From: Phoronis australis | Taxonomy: Eukaryota; Animalia; Phoronida | Direction of reading: 5' to 3' | NCBI GenBank assembly: GCA_002633005.1 | Contig: NMRA01001170.1 | Span: forward strand, 1 to 43,753 | DNA: 43,753 nucleotides | Part shown: piece by piece, positions 12,620 to 24,677 of the stretch | How the letters are laid out: every line of letters begins with the position of its first letter | Position numbering within the stretch: the stretch's first letter is position 1 | Notes under the pieces: generated by a model | Database searches by the model: none | What the model saw: only the letters and a program-made list of their open reading frames with translations | What the model was told of the DNA's origin: nothing | Position numbers and translations under genes: made by a program

Positions 12620-12910
12620 TTTTGTAGGACCATGTCTGATTCTGTGTATTCAGCCACTCATATACAGAACTTTAGATATTAACTTAGTAAAAGTATATAT
12701 TTCTGAAAGTAGAAATGTGTAGTATTTGATTTTACTTTTACTAAACTGTCATTAATTGGGTCACGTGACCATGGCTTTTGGTAAAATTTAAGACAAAAGA
12801 AAGGTGCGTTCATAGCAAAACAACGTGACCAACATGTATTTGATAAAAATCTTTAAGATAAATTTCAAAAACACTGTTTAAGTTTTTTAATTTTTAATGA
12901 TAGACTCTTA
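12620..12910 (+). repeat. Old dispersed repeat; diverged inverted copy at about 32260-32600
   Basis: GTAGTATTTG..TTTTACTAA..GGTCACGTGACCATG..GTAAAATTTAAG..AAAGGT..ATAGCAAAACAAC aligns by eye to the reverse complement of about 32390-32520. Class unknown. Confidence 0.6.
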
Positions 12911-13362
12911 TGCAAAAGTAGATCATTTTACAAACGATTCGTAGCTCTTTTTTAAAAGAACAAAGCATCAAGCTTAATATCTTGAAAGGTTCATATGGAT
13001 CCGATCAATCGTTACTGACATATGGTGTTCCAAAGTTAGCCAAATTCGGAATGGATTTTTTCTAGGGTCCTGTGTAGTCTGAATGTCGTAGAAAGAACAC
13101 CTTGTAATGGAAAGCCACCTAGTGGCATTCTTTCGCACATATGGCTGTATCGCCTAAACCTCTTGAAAGACATTTTTGAAATTTTGCAATTGTATTTCCA
13201 GATGGGTGGATTCGACTACTGCTGTGGTTCGTAATGGCAATTTTTATTTTTTTTACGTTTGCTTTTGTATCTTCGCAGTTCTTTGACAGATTTTAATAAA
13301 TTTGACAAATAATTTTTAGAAACGACGACACCTTTCCATTTTTGTATGGGTTCAAGGAATTC

Positions 13363-13380
13363 TGCGCCCTCTAGTGGCCA
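13363..13380 (-). promoter_or_regulatory. CTCF-like motif
   Basis: Reverse complement TGGCCACTAGAGGGCGCA closely matches the bilaterian CTCF core consensus. A second same-orientation match (TGCCACTAGGTGGC) lies at 13114-13127. Motif match only. Confidence 0.4.
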
Positions 13381-13880
13381 TTTGATGATATAAACTAACA
13401 CCTCTAGAAGCACACCGTTTGCGGCTTGTGGACGCATTTCAATGCTCCGCGTTGCTCTTGTAAATGGTAATAATGATATTATTATGGTGGAGTGTATGTC
13501 GTGTCCATTTTGTTCACGCTTCATTTAATGTTGCATTTCGCCCTGTTAAACTGGCTAAAAACTAAAATCGAATTAGGCTTTTTACTCTCATAAGATGTAT
13601 TCCATAATATTTCTTGTCGTAATGACCCTTCGGTGGAACAAGTTGTACTCATTACGCAGTGCCAAGTAAATAATTTAGAGTCCACCCAAGCGTGTAACTT
13701 TGAGAAATCCTACATTTTTGGGTAACTATCCAATGCACGGAAAACGTATATTGGCTATTGTTTTGTTGTATTTGTTCCAAAATACTTAATTTTTCGCCAA
13801 AAACTTAAGTTTTTCAAACCAAAAACTTAGTTCATTTTTGTAAGGGACAGTAAAATTCTGTGCTTTCACGCGCAGAGTAA

Positions 13881-15855
13881 ATAGAAAGATTATTGTCATG
13901 GTGTGACAATAATGGACTCTGCGCGTGCTTATTACTGGAATTGTTATGGGAAGTTGCTGACAGCAACCCGTTTACCAATGTGAAAAGGAATCCTTTAAGG
14001 TTGTGGGAGAAATTACATGTTAATATTTTGACCTTTCCACTAATTGACCTCTTCCGGTGCATTATGAGCCCCGTTGAGGAAATAATTGCAAACTCGATTA
14101 AAAGTGTGGTTAATGCTAAGAATCACACATATTTTACTTCAAGCATTTCAGAATTGGTCAATAATTCAGAAGAAAAATGCACCTAATGACCCCATGGGTG
14201 CACCAAATGACCTGAAAATTTAGAATTCAAACTCCACAGCAATTACTAAACAGATAAGAAAGTCTCTAGCTCAAAATTTTAGTTTGCACTCAGTAACCTT
14301 TTACCTGTTTTTTCTAATTGTTTAGGCCAATTGCGTAGTAAAGTTTTGAGTTCAATTGGCATGTTAACTTACACCAGTGAGATGAAATTGAAAAGAATTC
14401 CTTGAAAAATGTAGGAGATATAACATTTTCAACGTTAGATGACCTTTGCCTTAATTGACCCTATCCGGTGCAATATAAGCGTCTTTAGGAGAATTATTGC
14501 AAAGCCGTGAAAGGTGTGTTTAATGCTGAGAATCACAGCTGTCTAACGGTTGACACATCACAATACTTGGTGAATGAAAAGGACAAATTTTCAGAAGAAA
14601 AATGCACCTAACGACCCCATTACTGCACCAAATGACCTGAAACTTTGTATTTCGAATTGAATTAGATGTACCAATCAGACTTGTGAATTTGAAGTGTCTA
14701 GCTCAAAATTTTAGTTTGCAACTAATGACCTTTGACCTATTTTATCTGATTGGATGATTCGATTACTTAAAAAAGCAACTTTTTAAATTGTCTTGTTGAC
14801 TTATACCTGTGCACCGAATTTGAAAAAGATAGCTTTAAAACTGAAGCAGGATTAGTATTTTGAAAATTATAAGACCTTTGCACCAAACGATCTCTTCCGG
14901 TGCAATATGGAAAATGGTTATATAACGAATCAAAATTAATGTACTGTGAAAAATCATATGCTCAATTTAAAGAACTTACCTGCACCCAATTTGGCATTGT
15001 TGAAGTTCACTGATACATGAAGAACCACTAAACGAGGTACTGTATTAACATATTTTGGTATTCTGGGACCGACCACGTAAGCTCCATTAATCTGCAGCAG
15101 AGTGCTTGGTCGACTTTGAGGACGGTATGTTCCTGTCCAAAATGGGTGATAATTATTATTTCTAATTTAATTTTCAGGCTTTATTGATGAGCATAAATTG
15201 TAACTTAGTGAACATGAAATAAAAAGCTTCACATGAGTCATAATGATTTTTCTAGACCTTCAAAACATAGGTATAGACACTTTATTTGTCATGTTTAACT
15301 GCAAATTGATAAAGTTACACCGATATTTGAATTTTTCGGTAATGGCGGAAGCTAATTAGCATACTTGGGAAATTTAATGACTTTCATTAATATGTTCTCA
15401 AAATTAAGTGATCTTAACACACTTATACTATGTTTTTGTAGCACAAATTTCCTAATTATTCGTCACATATTATACTCCTGGTCCCACGAGTGTTTCTTAT
15501 CTTGTTGGTTTGGCGGCCATTTTTTATGCAAATTAGATGGTCAAAAACTCAAAATCCAGCTTGGGAACAGGCATAATCGAAATCAGCACACCATAATTAT
15601 GCTAAAAAGATAGATTCTCCACTTTTACTAAAAAATGCCCCTAACATGCACATTTTCCAGAAATGCGTCTAAACTATAACATGCCTAGAACAGTATAACT
15701 CTGCGCTTGAACGCCTAGAGTAATAAGAATAAAATTGAAGACAACCCAGGAACAACAGTACCCTGCGCTTGCACTTGCAGAGTAATAGGAAGAATAAGAA
15801 TAATAAGAGTAATACGTTGAACAGTAAAACTTTGCGCTTGCACGCGCAGATTAAT
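13881..15855 (-). mobile_element. HINE copy interrupted by an unrelated segment of about 0.7 kb (about 15010-15685)
   Basis: 3' stem-loop and mutated CTAG at 13881-13912, body to about 15008, and three degenerate 5' hairpin/microsatellite modules at about 15690-15855. An extra 5' module abuts the 3' end at about 13847-13880. Confidence 0.75.
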
Positions 15856-16261
15856 AAGCTCGCTTCTGGGGGTGACGGTGTGTATTTTCCCCATACAGCA
15901 AGCGCGTGTTAAGTCCACAACATCTAGTGCGAGCTTCTTTGTGGCTCCATCCCCTTAGTATTTAAGTCCCACTTAGTGCTGGGAAATTCTTCACTAAAAT
16001 AATAATAACAGTCAACCTTCAGACTCGTGAAATGGTCGTGATCACTTTCGCTGCATGATTCCGCAATTTGGGATGAATGCGCGCAGACATTACGTGCTAG
16101 GTTCTGGCGTATCATGAAGACAATTGAATAAATTCAGTCAAGCACACGTGTGTCACCATTGCATGTATTAAAATTCTTATTTCAAAAACAAATTTATACA
16201 CGTGAGAAGTCATGGGGTCTGTTTCTCAGATTTGAGAAAGGAATTTGGTTTTACGCTCCAG

Positions 16262-16411
16262 GGCTGAGTTGCATAAAACTTCAAAAGTTATCCGCCGGAT
16301 AAGTTTGATTTTTGCATGTCTTCAGGTGCATTGTTCAACAATAACAACGTGACGCGTTGTAATGCGATGTCATTGCTGCTATACGACGTATAACTGTTAT
16401 GCAACTGGGCC
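16262..16411. mobile_element. PIF/Harbinger-like MITE with CAG target duplication
   Basis: TIRs GGCTGAGTTGCATAA and GGCCCAGTTGCATAA (13/15 match), flanked by CAG at 16259-16261 and 16412-16414. Confidence 0.7.
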
Positions 16412-16524
16412 CAGGTAAGGGTTTTCGAAAATGAGCAACATTCTACGAGAATATACACATTGCTGATAGTTACTGAGATAATTCATATAAATCAGTTTTG
16501 AGTTTAATTATGCATTGTACTGAA

Positions 16525-16640
16525 ACCCCCTCGACCCGCTCAACCTCCACACACCTCAAACCTCCTCCACCCACCACACCCTCTACCCACGAATGATGAC
16601 CCACTACTCCCTCGACCCACGGGTCCCTTGACCCACGACC
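16525..16640. repeat. C-rich degenerate tandem repeat (CCTCGACCCAC-like units)
   Basis: Recurrent cctcgacccgc, cctctacccacga, cctcgacccacgg and ccttgacccacga units. Confidence 0.5.
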
Positions 16641-17835
16641 TGTGGCAATAGAGGTTTTCTGTGCGCTTTTTGCATATTTCAAAATCTTATTACGCCCCTT
16701 GGAGACTTTCTCATAAGACTTACGTACACCCGAGTCTGTTCTAGCTGAAGTCTGGTCATTGAAAACTGAAAGTGACGTGAGAATGCCGGTGGCCTTCAAT
16801 AGCGCATTGTGAGCGCGTTATCGTCATCGCTCCATCGAGCGCATCGCAGTTCCACCAACGGCTTCCCGAACGACACAGTTCCAATAAACTCAGGAAGACA
16901 GTACGTTAACGTGAATGAACATAACTTCATATTTTTATTTTTTGCTTTGTATTTTATATTCGTTTACAATATACTTCATATAACATCGAAATTATTTTAG
17001 TTAACATTTTTTTCAAACTGCTGAAATTACTTTTTGTCGAATCCTCACAATTTACAGTGTGGAAGTCGAGGGATTTCTTGAACAATCTGAATTTTACTAG
17101 CCTTATTATATAAAGCAGCCATGCCAGCTGTCTCTCTATTGTGTTGACTGCTAGTGGGATAAATGATACTTGCGCTTCACTTAACAATTCTAAGTGGGTT
17201 TTGGCTTGAATTTTCATCCGTACTGGGTCAGTCATGACACGTTGCACCTGCACTTTTGTTTACCTTTCAACATGTCTCAAGCACCAGTTCTAGAGCCACC
17301 TTTGCTCCACAGAGTGCCCTTTTACGAAGATAGTTAAGGTCTGGTTTAAACAAATAAATTTGACTCACGTCTTCTACAACAAGTCATTTGTACTTTCTAA
17401 CAATTAAAATTCCAGATGTTTGCGTTTAGATAGGACAACAAGCACACGTCGTCACAGATGCTTACAAATAATTGGTTACGAGTGCATTATAAACAATGGA
17501 AAACTGTCAAGACAATACACGCTGCAACTTACCCAAACTAGCTTCTTTAATTAAGTACCCCCTGTGACAGAGTCAGCAGGTACAGGGGTGGTTCGGTCAG
17601 TTAATTCAGCGCTATAAGTAGTCTGCCAACCATGATCGCATTTAAAACAGCGTATAGGACATCTCCCTGTACCAATAACCGTTGTGATGGATGCAAAATA
17701 TGCACAGATCTTCAATCTGGGTAATTTTTTAGTTCTTAGAAAAAGGAAGAAGAGTAAGATCATGCTAATTTGGTTACATGTATTTTTGTTCGTGCTTTTC
17801 GGATGTTTTGTATTTGAAAGGTGCCGGTATGTACA

Positions 17836-17889
17836 TGCATGTGCGTGTGTCAGTTTGTGTGCGTGTCTTTGTGTGTGTACGTGTGTGTC
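17836..17889. repeat. Degenerate (GT)n microsatellite
   Basis: tgcatgtgcgtgtgtcagtttgtgtgcgtgtctttgtgtgtgtacgtgtgtgtc. Confidence 0.7.
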
Positions 17890-18647
17890 TCTGGGAGATC
17901 TCAACAAAGAGTTGACTTATCTGGTTCCATCTTTGAACAATTCACAACTTAGAAGTTAATAAGGAGTCCGTTTTCCAGTTCCTAGGGTTTTTCTTTTATC
18001 ATTTTCCCGATTTCCAGGCTCGTGGTTTAGCTTTCAATTCCCGAATAGAATGTTTCCTTTGTCAGAATAAGTGTTCGAAGTCCATCATTCTGGAAACTGT
18101 GTCAGGTGTTATGAATTCATTTATGTAAGCTTTTAACCGACAAGTCTTGATTATTTTTATTAACATGAAAGCCACCGACCCATAAACTATATAATGCAAC
18201 AAAATCGGCACTGCACAAGAATAGCACATTGTGCTTTAGAAATTTGCATTTTTCCCAACTTGTACCAAATATCAAGGCCCAAACGGTTCCGAGTTAACAG
18301 ATTATACTGCACTGGCTACACTGGGAATCATAATATAACGGACCCTTAAACAATACATCCACATTTTGTCTTCTTATCACCGTTTAGAAACGGACAGTAC
18401 TCGAGCAACAGTCCATCGTTTACCCCGTTTGACGTAACTTCCGTTGTTTCTGTCACATTGTTTTATGTCCCACAGGTGTTTTATTTTCGTTTACTGTCAA
18501 TGTCAACCATTTAGGGCTTATTACGCAAAATCGAAAGTGGCAACATCAACCGCGGTTCAGCTGTGCGTGTGCAATGTATTTAGCCTATCGAGAAAAAAAA
18601 CAATCACAAACATGAGGGATGTGTGACCACAATAATCTTTAACAATA

Positions 18648-18760
18648 TAGATTATTGTCACGGTGTGACAACAATGGACTCTCCGGTGCGCTTTACGTGA
18701 ATGGGGATATATTGACAACAAACCGTTTACCAAGGTTAAAAAGTATTCCTTGAAACTACA
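18648..18760 (-). mobile_element. Old HINE 3'-end fragment
   Basis: GATTATTGTCACGGTGTGACAACAATGGACTCT..ACCGTTTACCAAG..AAAAGTATTCCTTG matches the reverse-complemented HINE 3' end. Confidence 0.65.
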
Positions 18761-20108
18761 TTGTAGGAGGCTAATAAAAATGCATGCAACGCCCTGACCC
18801 GCGTGTCGTTTCGAACAAAGCAGTCATATCTCAGTGTAGTGTTCCGACAAACTCCATAATTTCAAGTGCTGTTCAATCTGACATCCTACTTCAACCCCTC
18901 TGCCGTCACACTTATGGTGTATTAGTTCACGGTTATCTTTACATGGGTGTGGAATCCTTGAAACTTGTCGCAGATAGATATACATGTACTCAAGTTACCC
19001 ATAAACTAGCCTCCGCATCTCATGAACGCACACTGTCATTCCGTACATTTTTGCACCGCATAAAATTTCAATAGGCCGCCCATCTGACATCGCATCCTCT
19101 ATTGCAAGTTCTCAACCCCTATTGCAACTTAATTATTTGTAGCCCTATCCCCGCAGTACATGTACGTCGGGTACACAGCATCCCGGGGGTACTTCTTCAC
19201 TAAAATGCTAAGAGCAGTCATCTGTATAACTCGCCAAACGCATGGACGTTATCAGTTTTCTCCCCTTGATGCAGAATCTTGAGATAAATGTGCTCAAAAC
19301 TCACATACATTTGCTCCTTCCTAGGGTGAAGGCAATTGAATAATCGCAACATATACCCGCGTGTTAACATTTTTCATTACTTTCTCTAAAAAACAACAAA
19401 AAATATATAGAAGTGAGAGGTGAAGTCCAGAGGTCTGTTTCAGGAAGCGATTTAGGATTTGAAACAGAAATTTTGATTTTTCGCCGCACCTTACTGTTTC
19501 TATATAAAGTAGAGTACTAAATTAACGTATATGCTTACACCTGTTAAACAATCCTACATTATTCTTCAGGAAAAATATCACGCTTAAATTGTAAACCTGC
19601 ATAAATTAGTTTTCGATACACCGAGGCAAACAATCAGCCAGTTTAATGACGGCGAAATAAAACGCCTATAAAACAAACACAAGTATCGTGTTCTGATCGC
19701 ATAGTGAATTTTATGCTAGTACTGTTCATCCAGTCAAAAAAGGCTTGACACTGTCCAAAAATCAAAAAAATGTCGTCTAGTTATAGCATACAGATGGGCA
19801 GAATGTATAATGTCATTGCACCCTGTGTTAACCTGTTTACTTTATTCAAGCCTAGTAATAAACTTGATACATCATCCACTTTAAAACCACACCTGTCTAC
19901 CTTGTAGTATTCCAAATTATCTGTTATGAATGTGAGACATTTTACATTGATACAGTTAACAGAATTATGAGTAACTGGCTAAGAGATTACACTCAATTTA
20001 AATTCATTCAGCGTAGAAAACATGAGCGTCATATTGAAAAGATTTCGAGAAATTAGAAAACGTTTAGAACACTTCTGCACTTTGTAATAAAGCATTCTAT
20101 CATTCCAG

Positions 20109-20147
20109 GAACAATTTACATCGCGTCAGTGTTCACAGCTATTCATG
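20109..20147 (+). CDS. Candidate 39-nt signal-peptide micro-exon of the WSC gene
   Basis: TTCCAG| acceptor and G|GTAGGT donor, phase 1-1. It encodes (G)TIYIASVFTAIH(A), which joins in frame to the 21192 exon giving ..TAIHA/FDIT. A competing donor AG|GTAAGA lies 4 nt downstream. The start-codon exon was not found. Confidence 0.4.
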
Positions 20148-21191
20148 GTAGGTAAGATTGTCCTATATCTTCCTAAGCTTTCTTTGCATGATTTGTTTCT
20201 CTGAAATATTTCTATAACATTGCAAATTTAGCGTGCAATGTTCGGTGTCAGTAAATTCTTGAAATAAAAAGAACTTTATTGCAACCAGTTTTGTTCAGTT
20301 TCATAATAGTTTGTTTCTTTTAATTACAGGGTGTATTTATTCATGGCAAACTTACATGTAGATAACAGGAATTGATTTTTAACGAAAAGACACTCCTACA
20401 TTAGAATTCTTTGAAACGCACACACTGCCGAATACTTGACACTTAAGTTTTTTGCCAGTCGACTTCAATCCCTGTGTATGACCAAAAGTTATGTTAGACT
20501 TCCGATCACACGCCAGGTGTATTTCCAACAGCGAATCCACTTCAGAACATTGTACAATCAAACCAATAGACCTATCATTTATTTTAGTGACCTGTAGCAA
20601 TTGCTACCCAGCCACAACTATCGCTTATTACCAACCATTTCAAAGCGAACGTACAAAAACGTAACGTGTACAAATATGCAATGACAACAAGAAAAGAAAA
20701 AAAATGGGACCCACATTTACGAACATTATTATTTAGGTAGAAAATAACAACTTTTTTTCGCCTGAGAAACGCATGGAAAGCGTTGTCAACGGTTAACCCG
20801 CTTTAGAAAAAGGAACATGAGCGAGGGTTTAGTAGCTTGACGGTTTTCCTGATCAGTTGTTATATAAAATTAGGATTTGTTATTAAAGGTAAACAATGTA
20901 ACTGGATATCGGTACATCATTTATTCTCGCCATGTTGTACCTACAAATCCGACTACAATCTCGGACGAGAAAAGGCTTTTATTTCGGTCGCCTTCGTTTT
21001 TGATGTAAGTCAGTGCGATTATGAAGTTTAGTTAATTTTCCTTAAATTAACCCACAATCGTGATTATTGTAGCATTGGTTAAAATTGTAACCTATTTTAG
21101 ACCTTCTCGTTGGCGTAAAGTGAAACCCAGACGTAGCATTGATTTGTTATAATATTGCTATACATATCTAAAGTAGTTCAGTAAATTCCAG

Positions 21192-21518
21192 CATTTGACA
21201 TCACGGAACTGCTAAGCGGATCGAAATATGATTGTGTGCCAGGATGCTTTGATAACACCAAAGATGTAAGCCACGGGTTTACATTCCTAGCTTATAAGGG
21301 AGGTCTTACGAACCCGCAGTTCTGTCAATGGACGTGTGGTAATCGTACGTTCGGTTACTCAGGCTTGCAAAACGGCGACGAATGCTGGTGCGGAAACAGC
21401 GTGGAACACTACGTGGGTGTCGATCAGTCTGAATGCTTGCAAACGTGCAGTGGGAATAAAAGGTTGTTTTGTGGAGGCAACGGCCGTTTGTATGTAACGA
21501 AGACCGATAATATTTTAA
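21192..21518 (+). CDS. WSC-domain exon 1 of a multi-WSC extracellular protein
   Basis: AATTCCAG| acceptor and A|GTAAGT donor, phase 1-1. Canonical 8-Cys WSC pattern: GCF..CQWTC..YSGLQNGDECWCGN..CLQTCSGNKRLFCGG..LYV. Confidence 0.9.
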
Positions 21519-22743
21519 GTAAGTCGACGCTGCGATATGACACTAAACTTTGAGCTCAGAAATTCCAAAACAAGAATTTCTGTGATGGCGAATGTTCTTA
21601 CAAAAACTCACTGTAAGAAAAAAAAGGTTCTGCTTGAGCAGACTTTTCCTGCGATAGACATTTGCGAAGATGTGTCATGGTTGCAATTTTGATAGATGTC
21701 ATAATTGTTACAAATACATTTTCCAATTTTTGGTTAGAAATGAAGAGAACGCCGTGCATAAATATTGCTTTTTCCGATAAATGAATACGATATGAATTTG
21801 CTGTAGAGTAGCAGAATAAGTACGAATAGAATACATTTAACATTAGAATTTCGTTGTAAAGACACCATAAACACAGTACAAGATGACATAGCGTAGAATG
21901 TATAACATTATCAACCAATACCACACAAACAACATCATGAATTTAATATTGAGACACTCTTCCGGTGACTTACGTTTGCTAATATCCAAATGTCCTGGGA
22001 TGACATACTTTCAAAAATATCCAGAAAACATATTTGTCCGTTAAAAGTTTCAGTCACATGAACTCATTACAACCAAAGTAATTTCAGAAAGTCTTTCAAG
22101 GTTCCCCTTACTGATGTTTTTCAATAATGAGAAATACGTGAAACTTGTGATGTGCCTTCAAAATCTTGCGTTAGCGTATGTGATTATGTTTTTGAATTTT
22201 GAAACTTGTACAGGAAGCTTGACTTTTACAAGCTACGAGTAAAAGATATTTTTAATGTTGCAATAAGAACATATTCCACAATGATTATTTTGGGTGTGCA
22301 ACAAAAGTAGGCCAATTACCAAACCTCATGGAGCAGTTGTTTTTTTTGCGGTAAGTCAAGAGTCATACAACTCTTAATATGGACAACCTAAGTTTTAAAA
22401 TGTCTAGAAAGAATGCTTCCCAGTTAAAGCATTCAGTCAAATCAACTTGTTTCGTTCGCATTGCCTTTTCAGAGAATATTTCAAAGCCCCCTTTCATATG
22501 TGGTACAGTTTCTGAGAAAAACTTGAAGCGTTTCAGACATCCAAACTGTGTCATTGGCATGGGACAACTGCTGTCTGACACAACGAAGTTGTGATGGGGT
22601 GTACAGTGACGATAAAACAGTCCCTCGTTTCTTCTTTAAAGTTGCAAGGTGGGGCGAGGTTAAATTTGACTGAGAATGATTTACGGTTGGTAGTAGATAA
22701 AGCATCAAAGTACTGAATTTCGACTTATTTTCCTTTGTTATAG

Positions 22744-23046
22744 GAATTCATGACACTTATTTTCCAGAGCACGAGTATAACGTGAACAGGTGCTGGCTGC
22801 CATCCCACAAAAGTGATCTGATATACAGTGGCGACAAAAACACTCCGTTATTTTGTCGTCATCTGTGCGGCTTGTACAGAAGAAAATTTTCTGCTACGCA
22901 TTTCGGAAGCCATTGTCGATGTGGCAATGATTTTTTTGGTCTAATAGAAGCTGCACCAGACTTGTGTCACACACAGTGCAGCGGAGATGCTACCCAGTTC
23001 TGTGGTGGATCTGATGGATACTTTATGATGTACTCGGAACAAACAG
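22744..23046 (+). CDS. WSC-domain exon 2
   Basis: TTTCCTTTGTTATAG| acceptor and CAG|GTGACT donor, phase 1-1, in frame with exon 1. Reads RCW..CRHLC..GSHCRCGN..CHTQCSGDATQFCGG. Confidence 0.88.
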
Positions 23047-23691
23047 GTGACTGCATGTGTTAAGATTTGATGGAATATAGTAGTGGCTGTTGCTTTGTTA
23101 TAGAGATTCTTACTTGGCAAGGGAAATCTTGATTATTTGTTTCATATACTCCCGCATTCTGCATGCCCCGTGACCTATCGAACTGAAGTGACCCTGAAAC
23201 ACAGCGTGTAACTTGAAAAATGCCATATCACCGTGTACACCGTGCTATCGTTCTAAGGTGTTAACAGTTAATTTTTAAAAACGGACATCAAGGGCTGACA
23301 TACCAGTCAGGTTACATCCTTGCAGTGGAATGAGGGTAGCAAGGTATACAGGGAATAGTTAATAGAACATCACCAAACCTGTTGGGTCACTGAGATCGGC
23401 ATGATATTCAGCGAACAAGCAGCGTACTGGGCCTTATGGGCCTTGACTCTCTAATGAAAAGTAATTCCTTTTTTGGTTCACTGAGTTAGCTTGGTGATTG
23501 TTGCTAACACAATGGCCATGGGCGTTGCTGTTTGGTGTGATGTTCACTCGGTCTTCAACAGAACTCTGTTTCAGTTGGATATAGAATTCCTTGCAGTTAT
23601 CGGAGTCAACCTTACAAACATCATTGCTATTGCTTAACGAAGGGGTAGGCGACATCAGTTTACAATTCCCTGTATTTCTTGATGTCTTACT

Positions 23692-23749
23692 GTTTATAAC
23701 CTGATGAAGTCTAATGAATAGACCGACGAAACATCTACTCGATATGAAC
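23692..23749 (+). ncRNA. Degenerate minimal type I hammerhead-ribozyme-like motif (Penelope/retrozyme type)
   Basis: Stem I GTTTATAAC pairs with GATATGAAC (8/9 counting G-U). Core CTGATGA at 23701-23707, stem II GTC..GAC, GAAA at 23728-23731. Stem III is broken by a C-C mismatch (CTC in place of GTC). Confidence 0.45.
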
Positions 23750-23784
23750 TTTTTATTTGTGCAGAAATTGTCCGTGTTTTATCC

Positions 23785-24176
23785 TAGTGTGGCCAAATAC
23801 CTGCGAAATTACTTTTGTTTTTGGTAAGTTAATTTTCAAATTTCTTGTGAGATTGAAAAAGATTTTACACATTGCACATAAAATCAAAACTAAGATAAGT
23901 AGGTGAACTATTTCTATTTCCAATTGACCTATAAATAATGTACGCTATTTAATTTTCTGACCATAAAAATGTTAAAATAAACCGACTGCCGCGCTTGGTA
24001 AGTAAATTGTAAACGAAAAATAACATAAAGCGTCCTTAATTTGCATAATTGGAAATGTTCAAGGGTTGCAAACGATCGTACCCTAAATCATGGTCACTCA
24101 ACCTTTGACTGCATGAAATCGCATAGCAATAAAATCATCGGGCAAATCAAAGTTCAGGTGCTTGGCTCTGGGACTA
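23785..24176. mobile_element. Possible Academ-like non-autonomous element
   Basis: TAG...CTA termini with an imperfect TIR (TAGTGTGGCCAAATACCTG vs TAGTCCCAGAGCCAAGCACCTG). No clean TSD. Confidence 0.3.
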
Positions 24177-24677
24177 ATGGGGAACTGCTGCATTAGAATC
24201 ATCGAGGCCTAATGTATTTCATGTAATCAAGTTCAAGCTGGTGATGAATTGGAAGTTCTACTTAAGCTTTGCATGTCAAATTGGTCTTAGCAAGGTTGAT
24301 CTGGAGATTGTCATCTATTTCTTGCTACGAATATTGTTTTGATATTGAATGACGTCTGCACATCAGCCAAAGTTCGGATCGATAGGGCCGGCGATATTTG
24401 GCATACTGTTCTGAAGCGTACACGTGATCAACAATTGTCAAGAGATTCTGGATACGTTGCATCCGTTTCTCTCCAACACTCATGTGACATTTATTGGTGA
24501 ATGAATTCCCGCCGGCGGCTTTACACTGGCAGGCTTATAGTAGTTTTAGGGTTTTCAAGCAATAACTTACTACTATTTATATATTAGGTCACATTTATAT
24601 ATATTGATGGTACTCAAAATTTCTACAAAGCGTATTACTTCCATGCAAGGCCAATTCATTAAACGTTGGACACAATT

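Noticed and set aside
17684-17959. Hydrophobic, Cys-rich ORF as a membrane protein or first WSC exon
   Set aside because: The Cys/Val content comes from a (GT)n microsatellite, and the donor phase does not match the downstream phase-1 exons.
19288-19325. MCSKLTYICSFL as the start exon of the WSC gene
   Set aside because: The available GT donor is phase 2, incompatible with the phase-1 acceptor at 20109.
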